A stretch of DNA of 64,000 nt from Lingula anatina (Eukaryota > Animalia > Brachiopoda): NCBI GenBank assembly GCA_051362555.1, contig CM120647.1:17026651-17090650 (forward strand), written 5' to 3'. The position numbers and the translations under genes are program-made. Below are positions 38,798 to 59,400 of the stretch, piece after piece. Within the stretch, counting starts at the first letter, position 1. Each line of letters starts with the position of its first letter. The notes beneath the pieces are model-generated. The model ran no database searches. It worked only from the letters and a program-made list of their open reading frames with translations, and had not been told where the DNA came from.

Positions 38798-39541
38798 GCC
38801 CACCTAAACACCCCACGCCACCCATGCCTCCCCACCAGATTCTAAATCTAAAAGACTTAAAGACTTATGTTTGGGTTAAAGACCATTTATTTTAATCGCC
38901 GTTATAGGACGTTGAGATTTCCCAGTGTGTTAACAATGTTTGTGTATGGAGTCCCGGCATGATGAATAAACAACAACACAGCGGCTTCAGGACACGGAAA
39001 AGGGGGGGGAGGGGAGGCCTTCTCTTTCACAGAACATGATTTTGACATTCTGGCATTTCCTTCCCACTGACAGACACGCCACACATCCCTCTCAACTCAT
39101 CATATCTCCTAACTTGGTCAGGTTACCTCGAAGGAAAAAAAAGCACGCTCACTCCCTCGCCATGACCCCCATGGCTTTGCCACTCGATCAAAGTCGAGCG
39201 TTTTCCCGGCTGATGTATTCGAACTTTGATGTGTGTGAGGTGAGATAGGTGTAATCGGTGTAATGGCGCTCACGTCCATCAAAGTGCGTGATATGCTACT
39301 TCTTCAAAAGGTCGGCATGGCACCCAGGTCAGCTGGGGCAGGATTTTAGAATCAAACAACATTAGACTTGGAAGACTACGATTAACAAGAACACAAACTC
39401 ACCTATGGAAAAATCTCGTTTCCGCTGAGCGAACCTTAGCGGTCGGGTTGTAGCTAGGGACGGCTCGAAATCAGCATCGTGTAATGTCTTATCATCCGGT
39501 TTGTTCATTTTAGTTTCCAAGAACGGTGATTCGATTTCCAT
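25098..39541 (-). CDS. Uncharacterised protein with one titin-type Ig I-set domain, an RS/charged low-complexity region and a C-terminal hydrophobic membrane anchor
   Basis: Minus-strand exons 39541(ATG)-39403, [37897-37888 microexon], [33617-33568], 29213-28935 (APDFKERL..VSLECLLSGFPVPEVTWYKED..DEGAYKCKAENKEG, classic I-set), 28049-27513 (RSRSRSPSPRR), 25504-25098 (IYYFAALIPVLSLLTLSFGWNTFSFVVCVLFMTIVHALFG, TAA). All junctions are GT-AG and in frame; total 1422 nt = 473 aa. The last three exons are secure; the upstream exons are inferred. Confidence 0.75.
26234..26514. mobile_element. MITE with ~18-bp terminal inverted repeats, family C
   Basis: Ends ttccttagagactaaata / tatttagtctataagtaa; inner inverted repeat ggactttggtctcgtgaat / attcacgtgaccaaggtcc; a partial related copy lies at ~21324-21418. 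Confidence 0.55.
31766..32002 (-). mobile_element. Small HINE/MITE, same family as 7057-7284
   Basis: Reverse complement aligns by eye with 7057-7284 (ttacctccgccaaggaggtta..ccttggcggaggtctgcgctctcgcagtgc..ctagt). Confidence 0.75.
32640..32896. mobile_element. Palindromic MITE-like element, family A, copy 2 (opposite orientation)
   Basis: Arms caacttaagcggcttaggtgtctgtcacgcctactgaagct / agcttcagtaggcgtgacagacatctaagccgcttaagttg. Confidence 0.7.
35661..35712. repeat. (TA)n microsatellite, representative of many simple repeats
   Basis: Read directly. Others: poly-T/poly-G 137-198, (TA)n 6981-7009 and 54823-54868, (CT)n 12364-12405, (TAA)n 15786-15830, (CA)n 27450-27492, (GA)n 36882-36921. Confidence 0.9.
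36459..36717. mobile_element. Palindromic MITE-like element, family A, copy 3
   Basis: Same arms and the same asymmetric ends (gactggg.. / ..tgggaatgg) as copy 1. Confidence 0.7.
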
Positions 39542-40261
39542 TTTTTGGCACAAGAAGCAGCCAAGATACCTCCCCACCTCCCAACGCAGGGAGAGTCAGC
39601 AGACGACCAGGAGGAACTTCCTGTGACGCCACATCCGCTATAAGCGTTTCTTCAGAATTGCTGCTTGTTGAAAGCCGGGGTTAAAACCCCTTGTGTAATG
39701 GCTCAATGAATACGTTATTTAATCGTCCTTCCCGGCGTAATTTGTCGTGGAATTTGAACGGTGGTGTCTTGGATCGTTTATCTCGAAGGAACGTGAAACA
39801 CGTCAGCAGTGATGAATCTACCAAAACAGAAATAGCTGAAGTAATATTGAAGCAAGCGGTAGCATAGCCGAGTTCTATTTATGGCACCGCAGATACTCGA
39901 TAGCTTCTGCTACTTTAATGCGTTTCTGTGCGTTTAACCACAATTTTCCTACCTGGCAGTCTTGAAAGGCTCGGGCAACTTAACATATGGTGTTTGAGCA
40001 GAGGTAAAAAGCGGCTCTCGGCAAATCAACCGCACTGTACGCTACAGCCGATATGGTACAGTCCTGAGCGAAAGTCGTATTAAAACAAAACAGCAATGCT
40101 TCTTAAAAAGTAGCGAACCTCAGTTAATCCTAATTTTTGACGAAAAATAGTGAGCCTCAGTTAATCTTGTGGTAAATCCAGAAGGGTAATTTTGACGAAT
40201 ATCGTTACGGCAGCAATACCCATGGCTACTGAGGCCGCATTCACAACAACAGAATAATCGA

Positions 40262-40385
40262 TCTGCGGATGACATATGGCCGACCCACTTGAAAGCTTCC
40301 CGCTTATTCTCCACCGAAAATCTAGTCAGTATCTATTAGGGGATAATGCGGCAAGCTTTCAAGGGTCGGCCATGTTAGTCCACTA
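40262..40385. mobile_element. Degenerate family B palindromic element
   Basis: atatggccgacccacttgaaagcttcccgc / gcggcaagctttcaagggtcggccat; shares sequence with 656-838. Confidence 0.5.
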
Positions 40386-42230
40386 TATCTGCTGGTTGTG
40401 ACTTCGGCTTCCGAGTCTGGAATTAAATATGCGACACCCGCTAGTGGGTATGGCACATCAGACTGAACTGAACTCATTGGGAAATATTTTGAAGCATTCT
40501 CATCGTTAAATAAGGCAACTGTGTTGAAAACAATTTTGAAAAAAAATATCAATATCTCTCCAGTAATGAGAACAGGTTTTTGCCCTTTTTTATCGGATGT
40601 GATATTATGCACATGTCTTCTGTGGCTTAATTACCCCACCCAGTGGATAGTAATTCATTTAAGAGTACAAAAAAAATCGATGCAAGGTTAAGCGTTACTG
40701 AGACAGTTGCGAGGAGAGTTGTGACTTTGGGATATGTGGCAGTGGACTAACTAATCGTAACCAATTTTCTAACATCGAATGCTGAAAACAACCAAATGAT
40801 CGAATGTTAATTCATATGTTTTTCTGAAGTAAAAAAAGCCTATCGAGGGACAGTTCTTTTGAATAGTTAAAACGTAAATAGAAAACTTCTGTGATTAATG
40901 ATTTCTGTTTATTTTCACCGCGTCTATTAGGATCAGATTTTGTACATAGCCAGAATGTGAATAATGTAATAATTGTTATACGTCGTAGATTGCTCTGCGG
41001 TTACCTTTCAACGCAACTTGAAACGCTTTGACCGATAAATTTAGAACAGCGAGAAGTTTAAAAATTTCTTCTTGGTTTTGGCCATCAGTCTGATATTTTC
41101 TGGGGAGTCTGGGTCTCTGATCTGTTTATTTGGCAATAAAAATCTCCTCAAAATTCCAAAGTATGAATTCCTGGTTGCTGATAGCTGGTCTTTGTACTCT
41201 CCTAATGCGTATAACCTTTACAAAGCTGACTTTTACTAGCGATGATTTGATTTCCTTTGAGCAAATTATTTAAAGAGGTGAAGAGCTGCATTTTGTCTCT
41301 AAAGACAATGGGACATAGCGCATTGGACTAATTTATCTTGATAGCTTTTAAAACAAAATGAATTAAAAATACAAGCATTTCACCATAACAATCTTTATTT
41401 TTTCTTTAATAAATAATAAGTCATGTTTACATGATCGCGTTTTATCAAAACTGATAACTATATGGAATGTCGTTGTCATGACAGTGACGAATAAGTCGTC
41501 ACGCACTCGTTGCTTTTCCTTGAATACTTCATGTCATTCACATTTCCGCCATTATATATCTGATATATAGTCAATTACTTATGTACATAATAAGTGTTAT
41601 ATACATAATACCATATTTGTTCTGTCAATAAAGTGTCTTCTAGGCTAAACTCAGTTTGGCATATAGTCTGAGCTAAAATGACAGCTAATTATCGTATAAA
41701 GCCCATTACTTAAGTCTTTTAAGTCAACAGCAAGGCTTGATGACTGTACCTCTTATTACGTTAAAATAATTGGCAAGGTTTGATAAATGCGAATCTATTG
41801 GCATTCTTACTCTTGATTGTCGTATTAGCAACTATATCTTCTATTTACAAATCAATCAGTTCTATGCTAAACACTCTTCAAACTATATACCCGAAACTTT
41901 TATGTGCACAGAAACCAATTTTATAAAACCTAGAGTTGATTCGATGCAGTTTTTGGAATTGTCGAGAAAAATCAAAATGAAATTCAGGCAGCTGTGCCAA
42001 TGAGTTTTATATCGACTTTTGAAATATCTTTCAGAGATTTCTATCGATCGAACAGGGCGTTTAACGGCTCGATGGGTAGGCTATACATGCTTTCCGTGAC
42101 ACACAGGATGTGTTGAATTCCAGCATCAACTGGCTTAGACAGGGAGTACAACAAATGATCAGACGCTCCTTACTAGAATATCTACTGGTGTATAAAAAAA
42201 AAAGGAAAATTAGAAAAGTGAACAATGGGA

Positions 42231-49980
<7,750 letters not shown>

Positions 49981-50089
49981 CTTGACCAGTGTCCGGCAAT
50001 GAAAGTGGTCAATGTCCAATAATTATTAAAGTGTCACTTAATCCAGAGAGCACTTGCAGAGCGATGTCCACTCACCAGTGGTCGGCTAT

Positions 50090-50215
50090 CGAATGACTCC
50101 TCTTTCTCTCTGTGGCTTTTATTAAAAACCACCGCTGCTCGTGTTGTTCCAACAAGTGCTCTAGCCGTTGTTCCTCATCAAAAGACACCGCCCTCTGCCG
50201 CGCATGCGTCAGTAA
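50090..50215 (-). promoter_or_regulatory. Probable PRDM14 proximal promoter
   Basis: AT-rich TATA-like run (minus ttttaataaaag, ~50116-50127) and an NRF1-like cgcgcatgcgt (~50199) 130-230 bp upstream of the first ATG. Confidence 0.3.
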
Positions 50216-53200
50216 ACAGATCTGTTTTCGTACTGCGTTTTACCTGCTAGTCGTGAACAACACTAATACAATAGCAATGTTATGGAATGTTGGCTTAATG
50301 AAGCGTGTATTTAATGGGAATGCTCAACTGGTAGGGTAGAATTGAATAGATTCCCGTATGGGGAAGGCAATGCTAATTAGTCACAAAAGGCGGGACACGG
50401 TTACCGCAATTACCTGCTATTAACAAACAGTGGGGGAAGAATTTAAAGAACTCAAGGGCTTTATTTGGGTAATTTAGAGATTGTATAGAAACCGGCCCCC
50501 GTTTTAAGTCGACCCACGCTGTAGTGAAGCGTAGATTGTCAAGCGATAAAGGGAGCGCTGCGCGTGTGTTATTGTCTTTTGACCCTTACCTCTCTGTTCT
50601 TCACCTATCTCACCTGGTTTAAAAATGTGCGAAGATATTCCTGAGAGATCTCTAAATTGATAATGTCCCTATTTAATTATTTTACAACTCTAAATCGGGC
50701 ACTTAGCTTCTGATAACTAATTCGAATGCTGTTATCTTAAATAAAACGCTTTATTCGTTCAAGTATCAACCGAGCATTTAGTTGGGGTGAAAATATTATC
50801 AAGTTTGCTTTTCACTCAAATTAAAATTGGGAAGAGTGATGCAGTGATGGAGTCTCTTCTCAAAAAGACTTTTACTATGCATTGTGAGAAAGCATTTTTT
50901 TCTATATTTTTTTTATATTAACGCGTATTTCACTTAGTTCATCTTCAAACGTTTAAGTCTATCCAACTTTTCTTTTTCGTTACTTTACCTACGCTCTTAG
51001 CTAAATTTGGACCCATTTCCACATTTTGTTTTTCGTTTATTTTTGGTTGCACGTTTAAGTTTGAAAAACCTTAGCGTCGGAAATGGTAAGAAGGAAATGA
51101 TGTGGGATAAATAAAAATAAATAAATAAATAATTTAAATAGTTTATCCCAATGCATTCTCGCGTTGTCGCTTGTAATAAGACTGTGCCTTTCCTTAGTGT
51201 ACTCCACATAACGGTATTCTGATGCACTTCCTCAAAAACAAGCTGCTGTCCCAGGTAGGGGGTCGGGGGAAGAGGATCAACGCACTTAAGTGGTCAGATT
51301 GAACCTTCACGACCCGTTACCTCTGCAGGTAGAACCTGAAAGGCAGAGCGCTTGACGCAACCTGTTAATTAAGGCAATTAGTGCAGCCATTAAGACACCT
51401 CGCTCTCGCGCGTCTCAGCAAGGCGGTTGACTCACCTCTTAAGCCCTTACGAGTATTTCAGGACCCCCTGTCGTGTCTCTATCGCTGTTCAAGGATCTGA
51501 ATCGTTTGTCAATTAACCAGGTGTGCTCGAAGTGAAGTATCGGTTTCTTTTTCTGTCAGTGAACTATCAAAGTCTTTTTATTTGCTGCTCCTCCTTCAGA
51601 ATTAAATTCATTCTGCTTTTTTATTCTTTTTTTTTTTTTGAGAAGATAAACGCGTGGTAAGGATTAAGGCAAGATAAGAGAGGTCTTTACAGATAGCTTC
51701 TTCATCTTGAAAATTTAAATTGAAGAAATAACCAACCAAGTACATGTATATAAGTTTTTGCGAACAAAAATGAAATTTTGATTTCTTTCTCTTCTTTCTT
51801 GATTATAGTTGATTATAGGCATTTCTATTAGCGGTAGAATACATGAAATATCAATAACTTGTGACGAAGTTTAAAGTCATGGTTTTTCCATAGTGATTGC
51901 GCTTCTAGTCGGAAATGTGATTAATTTATTAGAAAAATTATTGTCATATCTCTAGACAAAGATTTTTTAATATGAGTGTGTTGAAAAATTAATCATTGGA
52001 CACTATTGGCTCATTCTATTTGTTGAATCCTTCAGTCCAACGATTCATCAGAATATAATTATTTATAATACAGCAGCATATAATAGGATAGGACGTCGTT
52101 AACTCATCGCAGGTGTTGGAACAAACTAAGACCGTGCAGCACTTGTTGTCATGTCCATGTCAACACGAATGAACTAATCGATAGTGCCGTAATTAAGGGC
52201 AGGTGCTCAAAATGGGCCAATTAGCCAAATGTGTGGTTTCTGATATGCGAGGTGTGTATTGTATCGTCTATTTACCGAAATGTACCCACAGTATTTCTAT
52301 ATACTTGTGTACATGTATGTTTATATAAAATCGTATATCAGTCTCGTTGACAGGACTGTGTAGCTGGTTGGAACGAACGAATCACAATTTGAACTAGGTT
52401 TTGTGCGATATCTCACAGTGGGTTGACGAAGAAGGTAAAAAAAGTCTACTTTTTCAGAAAAAAATACCTCCCCCCTTCGTTTAACTACATGCTACAGGGA
52501 TTAGAGCAGCGCACCCAACAAGTAAAATGAATATCGAGAAGATCAAGAACTATTTACGAGAAAGGTTTTTATTTTAGGACTGACTTGATCCTATTCAGGG
52601 GCTTGTGTCACAAGAGAGCAGAAACGGAACGTTGATCAAATTTAAATATCAAAATGTAAAGTATATATAGACACAGTATATGTCATAGGTAGAAATATTG
52701 GTGTGATATATTTTTCAAAAACCCAAGGTGGATCAGAACCCCCCCCCCCCCCCCGAACCTCTTTCTAGAACGGTCACTGGATCCACCTCCAGGGGAAACA
52801 CTCATTAAATCCCATTAAGTGCATCTCATGAAAATAGTGTGGGTGGGAGTAGGATTGGTTTGATGGGGGGGGGGGGGGTACATTGACCGTGATCGCCGGA
52901 CGTGACCCGACTAAGACCACCAATAAATCCTTCCCCTGTTTTCAAAACACTCTTTAATACTTAATACTAGGGGATCACAGGTAAACCTACACGCATTGAA
53001 TATTCTCTATTATGAAATAATCGTTTCAATTCCAGTGTTTTGGTGGACTGCTTAAGTACCCCGCTCAGTGGCTAAGTCGTTAAGAAAAACAACATCCACC
53101 GGCCGTGAGGGGCAGGCTGAATAAGGCGGATAATGGAACGCTCGATGGTATTATACGTATTTAGAAAGGTGAAAAGTCGTTTTGGATTGACTCAAGTTGT

Positions 53201-53805
53201 AGCTTTAATTAACACAGCCCCCAGAAGATTTTAAAATATTTTTCATTGTATTTCTTTATTACTGAAATCTATAAACAAATCTCTTCTTTTTATTTATTTA
53301 TCCATTCATTTTCAATTGGGAATCATATATGCCTCTGATGAACATTACTTATAATTCAAAACTGGCAGGTCTACCGCCACCCAAACTTTGATTCAATAAA
53401 CACGATAAAAACGATAAACAAAATAATAAAATGAAAAATATAAAAGAAAACATATATGGAAATAATGACGATGATAAACAGAAAAACATATATCAGAAGT
53501 GTTGCGATTCTTATTATCGCCACGACAAAGAGCGTGGCCCTTTTAAAGTGAAGTGGTTGCAGGTGAGCTATACTGTAAAGATTTCAGGTGAAAACGAACC
53601 CCGTAGAAGTATCACCGTTGAACAATGCCCCCTCCTAAGTTGTTCTTTGTCACCACAGGGGTCTTCCTATCAGTTCTTTGTCAAGAAGAAGTGCTACTTT
53701 ACCATTATCTCCCTCTTCTCAGTACAATGACTTCCGTACAGGAGTGGATATCAACACACACTAGCCCATAGGGGCCAGCTATCTGAAACCAGATGAAAGT
53801 GGCCA

Positions 53806-53836
<31 letters not shown>

Positions 53837-54460
53837 GAAGGAGAGACAGAAGGAGGGAGAGACAAAGAGAAGAGAGAGAGAGAGAGAGGGGGGGGGGCGG
53901 GAGATAGATGATAAAGCAGTAGCTAGAGTGGGCACGTGTAGACTAGAGGTTGTACAATTAAGCAGCTGGGTGACGGACATGGCACTCTGCTATATTTTGG
54001 ACAGATACAGTGTAACATTCGCCCCACATACGAAACGACCCTCTACCAGCGACGCAGATTGTACTTTTCACCAGATATTAACTTATGTAGGGCAGTTTTC
54101 TTCACTGGGACCGTAGAGAGTTGTGTCATGCTTCGGCCAGAAATATATCTGTGTATATATATTGTTTAAAAAATCAGTAGCCCTGACAGGGAGCACCATG
54201 GCACTTCTATCTTACCATTATCTGTGCCAACCATACAACTGCCCGAACGTCCATTTCTAAGTACATCATGTCACATTCGTTCTGGTGACTTTGCGATTCA
54301 GGGGACAGGTCATTGTTGTGGCTGACCGGATGGTTTATGTTGACTTTGAATTTTTATTTCATTCATTCACGCCATCGACTGCGCTGTGACTGACCCGCCC
54401 ACCCTCCGTACATACGATTTTCCTCTTATAGTAATATCGCAATTTTTAAAATCTAATTCT

Positions 54461-54494
<34 letters not shown>

Positions 54495-54818
54495 AATATA
54501 TTTGCTTGGTCTAAAACCAGCGTCCAACGCAACCCCAGTCCCCGACCACGGTTTATCATGAACGGTAAAATTCATGATGTACAGGAAGCCATGTTTGTTT
54601 GAGAATCCGACACAGAGCTCGGAGTTTGTTTTATACTAAGATTAATTTTGGCTTTACTCATGATATTTAAGAGTGCAATGGGATCAAAGGCGGTTCACAA
54701 CAGACGTGTTTTAGTTTTAGAGTGACCCTAAGAAGAGAGGAAAAAAACATTCAAATGTGTAATAACTGGTGCGATTTTCATATAAGCAATTGCAGAGATA
54801 CAGGTAAACCTGTTTTTA

Positions 54819-54870
<52 letters not shown>

Positions 54871-56225
54871 TTTTTCTGCTGAACACGGTTAACAGGTGGT
54901 ATGACGTGCTGTTATACCGGGAAAGCTAATGAATCAATTCCTCTTATAGTAACCAATCGGAATTTTTAAAATTTAAATCTGGAAAATAAAAGAAGTGCTG
55001 TACTTGGTGGGCCTCGAACTAAGGTACCAGAGATCGACTGTATACGAGACAGCAAAGTTACCACGGAGCCACGCCAGCTTCGTTGATACGACCTGATCCG
55101 ATGGAAACTTTCAACCTTGCCACGAAGAGAGCCAGGTTGGATGTAGATGTGTATATCTGCTATCCCGATCGATAATCCGGGTGCCACATTTCATCCCCAG
55201 TCCCCGACCATGGTTTATCATAAACGGTTAAATTCGCCATATACAGGAAGCCATGAATGTTTGAGAGTTTGTTTTATACTAAGATTGATTTTGCCTTTGC
55301 CCATGATATTAAAGGGTGCAATGGGATCAAAGGCGGTTCACAATAGACGCGTTTTAGTTTTAGAGTGACCCTAAGAAGAGAGGAAAAAAACATCCAAATG
55401 TGTAATAACTGGTGCGATTTCCATATAAGCAATTGCAGAGATGGAAATTTTGAATAACATATATTTTGCAAATAAATAAAATATATTATTTTTCTGCTGA
55501 ACACGGTTAACAGGTGGTATGAGGTGCTGTCATACCGATAAAGCCAATGAATCAATTCAAGTTCGTTGGCTTTCATTGATAGGCCTGCTCGGAAAGTTCC
55601 TAGTCAGATAACTTTATTTTTATTTTGTTTTGCACTGAGATAACGTTTGCTTTCATCTTTGACGATATATAGTGCGATGAGGTCCACAGCTGTTCACGCC
55701 TTTGCGGTTTTAGGATTGAGTAGTCTTTACTCTTTCAAATGTCGACTGCGGACTTGCCCCGGGTACTGTGTGAACACATGAACTGTCTTGAGAAGCAAGG
55801 GTGCAAAAAAGGAAATGAGGGGCTTGAAAAGACAACATGTGTCCTTGTTGAAAACAAAAGCAACAGAGACATAAAAAATAAATGAATATTTTCTCTCTGA
55901 TAATCCCACCGAGAAAGATAGCACATTTTGATGAAATGCAGATCATACGGAATTTGCTCTTGCTCAATTCAAGTACAAGATCTGTGGCACCAATCTAAGG
56001 ACTTTTCACTGAATAGAAAGGAAATATTCTTGACGACGCAGACTTTATTCTAATGACCAGCAATATGTTCGTTTTAAATCGATCATTTAATGTAAACTTT
56101 CTAAAATATACCGTATTTTTTTTGCAAAAGGTAATTTGCTAGGACCCAGGAGAGCCCAGATTCGTTCTCGTGACATCCGGGTCCCGATTCAGGTGGGGGA
56201 CTGGGGTTGTCGTGATGGACTAACG

Positions 56226-56331
56226 TGCCTCATCCGGGATTCGAACTCGTGACTTTGCGTTGCCATGGTTTGGGGGCGCTTTGGGTATCTCATTTGCATC
56301 CAAGCACGCTACCGACTGCACCGTGACAGAC
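56226..56331 (-). pseudogene. Second degenerate tRNA-like module in the array unit (representative copy)
   Basis: Minus strand ggtgcagtcggtagcg (A box/D arm) ... gtcacgAGTTCGAATCCcggatgaggca (B box/T arm) with a ~30-nt extra internal segment; identity unresolved. Other copies at ~57647, 59058, 60480 and 63048. Confidence 0.45.
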
Positions 56332-56421
56332 CAGCCCACCCTCCGTACTTACGAGTTTCCTCTTATAGTAACCAATCGGAATTTTTAAAATTTAAATCTG
56401 GAAAATAAAAGAAAGTGCTAT

Positions 56422-56498
56422 ACTTGGTGGGTCTCGAACCATGGTACCAGAGATCGTCTGTATACGAGACAGCAAAGTTACCACGGAGCCACGCCAGC
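56422..56498 (-). pseudogene. tRNA-Thr(CGT)-derived pseudogene or SINE-like head within the array unit (representative copy)
   Basis: Minus strand gtggctccgtggtaa..ctgt-CTCGTAT-acag-acgatc..GGTTCGAGACC: A-box-like, anticodon hairpin with CGT, perfect B box, T4 run shortly downstream. Resembles metazoan tRNA-Thr(CGT), but the D, T and acceptor stems pair poorly. Other copies at ~55002, 57843, 59254, 60676 and 63244. Confidence 0.6.
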
Positions 56499-59400
56499 TT
56501 CGTTGATACGACCTGATCCGATGGAAACTTTCAACCTTGCCACGAAGAGAGCCAGGTTGGATGTACATTTGTATATCTGCTATCCCGATCGATAATCCGG
56601 GTGCCACATTTCATCCCCAGTCCCCGACCATGGTTTATCATGAACGGTTAAATTCGCCATATACAGGAAGCCATGAATGTTTGAGAGTTTGTTTTATACT
56701 AAGATTGATTTTGCCTTTGCCCATGATATTAAAGAGTGCAATGGGATCAAAGGCGGTTCACAATAGACGCGTTTTAGTTTTAGAGTGACCCTAAGAAGAG
56801 AGGAAAAAAAAACATCCAAATGTGTAATAACTGGTGCGATTTCCATATAAGCAATTGCAGAGATGGAAATTTTGAATAACATATATTTTGCAAATAAATA
56901 AAATATATTATTTTTCTGCTGAACACGGTTAACAGGTGGTATGAGGTGCTGTCATACCGATAAAGCTAATGAATCAATTCAAGTTCGTTGGCTTTCATTG
57001 ATAGGCCTGCTCGGAAAGTTCCTAGTCAGATAACTTTATTTTTATTTTGTTTTGCACTGAGATAACGTTTGCTTTCATCTTTGACGATATATAGTGCGAT
57101 GAGGTCCACAGCTGTTCACACCTTTGCGGTTTTAGGATTGAGTAGTCTTTACTCTTTCAAATGTCGACTGCGGACTTGCCCCGGGTACTGTGTGAACACA
57201 TGAACTGTCTTGAGAAGCAAGGGTGCAAAAAAGGAAATGAGGGGCATGAAAAGACAACATGTGTCCTTGTTGAAAACAAAAGCAACAGAGACTTAAAAAA
57301 TAAATAAATATTTTCTCTCTGATAATCCCACCGAGAAAGATAGCACATTTTGATGAAATGCAGATCATACGGAATTTGTTCTTGCTCAATTCAAGTACAA
57401 GATCTGTGGCACCAATCTAAGGACTTTTCACTGAATAGAAAGGAAATATTCTTGACGACGCAGACTTTATTCTAATGACCAGCAATATGTTCGTTTTAAA
57501 TCGATCATTTAATGTAAACTTTCTAAAATATACCGTATTTTTATGCAAAAGGTAATTTGCTAGGACCCAGGAGAGCCCAGAGTCGTTCTCGTGACATCCG
57601 GGTCCCGATTCAGGTGGGGGACTGGGGTTGTCGTGATGGACTAACGTGCCTCATCCGGGATTCGAACTCGTGACTTTGCGTTGCCATGGTTTGGGGGCGC
57701 TTTGGGTATCTCATTTGCATCCAAGCACGCTACCGACTGCACCGTGACAGACCCGCCCACCCTCCGTACTTACGAGTTTCCTCTTATAGTAACCAATCGG
57801 AATTTTTAAAATTTAAATCTGGAAAATAAAAGAAAGTGCTATACTTGGTGGGTCTCGAACCATGGTACCAGAGATCGTCTGTATACGAGACAGCAAAGTT
57901 ACCACGGAGCCACGCCAGCTTCGTTGATACGACCTGATCCGATGGAAACTTTCAACCTTGCCACGAAGAGAGCCAGGTTGGATGTACATTTGTATATCTG
58001 CTATCCCGATCGATAATCCGGGTGCCACATTTCATCCCCAGTCCCCGACCATGGTTTATCATGAACGGTAAAATTCGCCATATACAGGAAGCCATGAATG
58101 TTTGAGAGTTTGTTTTATACTAAGATTGATTTTGCCTTTGCCCATGATATTAAAGAGTGCAATGGGATCAAAGGCGGTTCACAATAGACGCGTTTTAGTT
58201 TTAGAGTGACCCTAAGAAGAGAGGAAAAAAAACATCCAAATGTGTAATAACTGGTGCGATTTGCATATAAGCAATTGCAGAGATGGAAATTTTGAATAAC
58301 ATATATTTTGCAAATAAATAAAATATATTATTTTTCTGCTGAACACGGTTAACAGGTGGTATGAGGTGCTGTCATACCGATAAAGCTAATGAATCAATTC
58401 AAGTTCGTTGGCTTTCATTGATAGGCCTGCTCGGAAAGTTCCTAGTCAGATAACTTTATTTTCATTTTGTTTTGCACTGAGATAACGTTTGCTTTCACCT
58501 TTGACGATATATAGTGCGATGAGGTCCACAGCTGTTCACACCTTTGCGGTTTTAGGATTGAGTAGTCTTTACTCTTTCAAATGTCGACTGCGGACTTGCC
58601 CCGGGTACTGTGTGAACACATGAACTGTCTTGAGAAGCAAGGGTGCAAAAAAGGAAATGAGGGGCATGAAAAGACAACATGTGTCCTTGTTGAAAACAAA
58701 AGCAACAGAGACTTAAAAAATAAATAGATATTTTCTTTCTGATAATCCCACCGAGAAAGATAGCACATTTTGATGAAGTGCAGATCATATGGAATTTGTT
58801 CTTGCTCAATTCAAGTACAAGATCTGTGGCACCAATCTAAGGACTTTTCACTGAATAGAAAGGAAATATTCTTGACGACGCAGACTTTATTCTAATGACC
58901 AGCAATATGTTCGTTTTAAATCGATCATTTAATGTAAACTTTCTAAAATATACCGTATTTTTTTTGCAAAAGGTAATTTGCTAGGACCCAGATTCGTTCT
59001 CGTGACATCCGGGTCCCGATTCAGGTGGGGGACTGGGGTTGTCGCGATGGACTAACGTGCCTCATCCGGGATTCGAACTCGTGACTTTGCGTTGCCATGG
59101 TTTGGGGGCGCTTTGGGTATCTCATTTGCATCCAAGCACGCTACCGACTACACCGTGACAGACCCGCCCACCCTCCGTACTTACGAGTTTCCTCTTATAG
59201 TAACCAATCGGAATTTTTAAAATTTAAATCTGGAAAATAAAAGAAAGTGCTATACTTGGTGGGTCTCGAACCATGGTACCAGAGATCGTCTGTATACGAG
59301 ACAGCAAAGTTACCACGGAGCCACGCCAGCTTCGTTGATACGACCTGATCCGATGGAAACTTTCAACCTTGCCACGAAGAGAGCCAGGTTGGATGTACAT

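Noticed and set aside
56422-56498. Functional tRNA-Thr(CGT) gene
   Set aside because: The acceptor, D and T stems pair poorly and the variable region carries an insertion; kept only as a tRNA-derived element.
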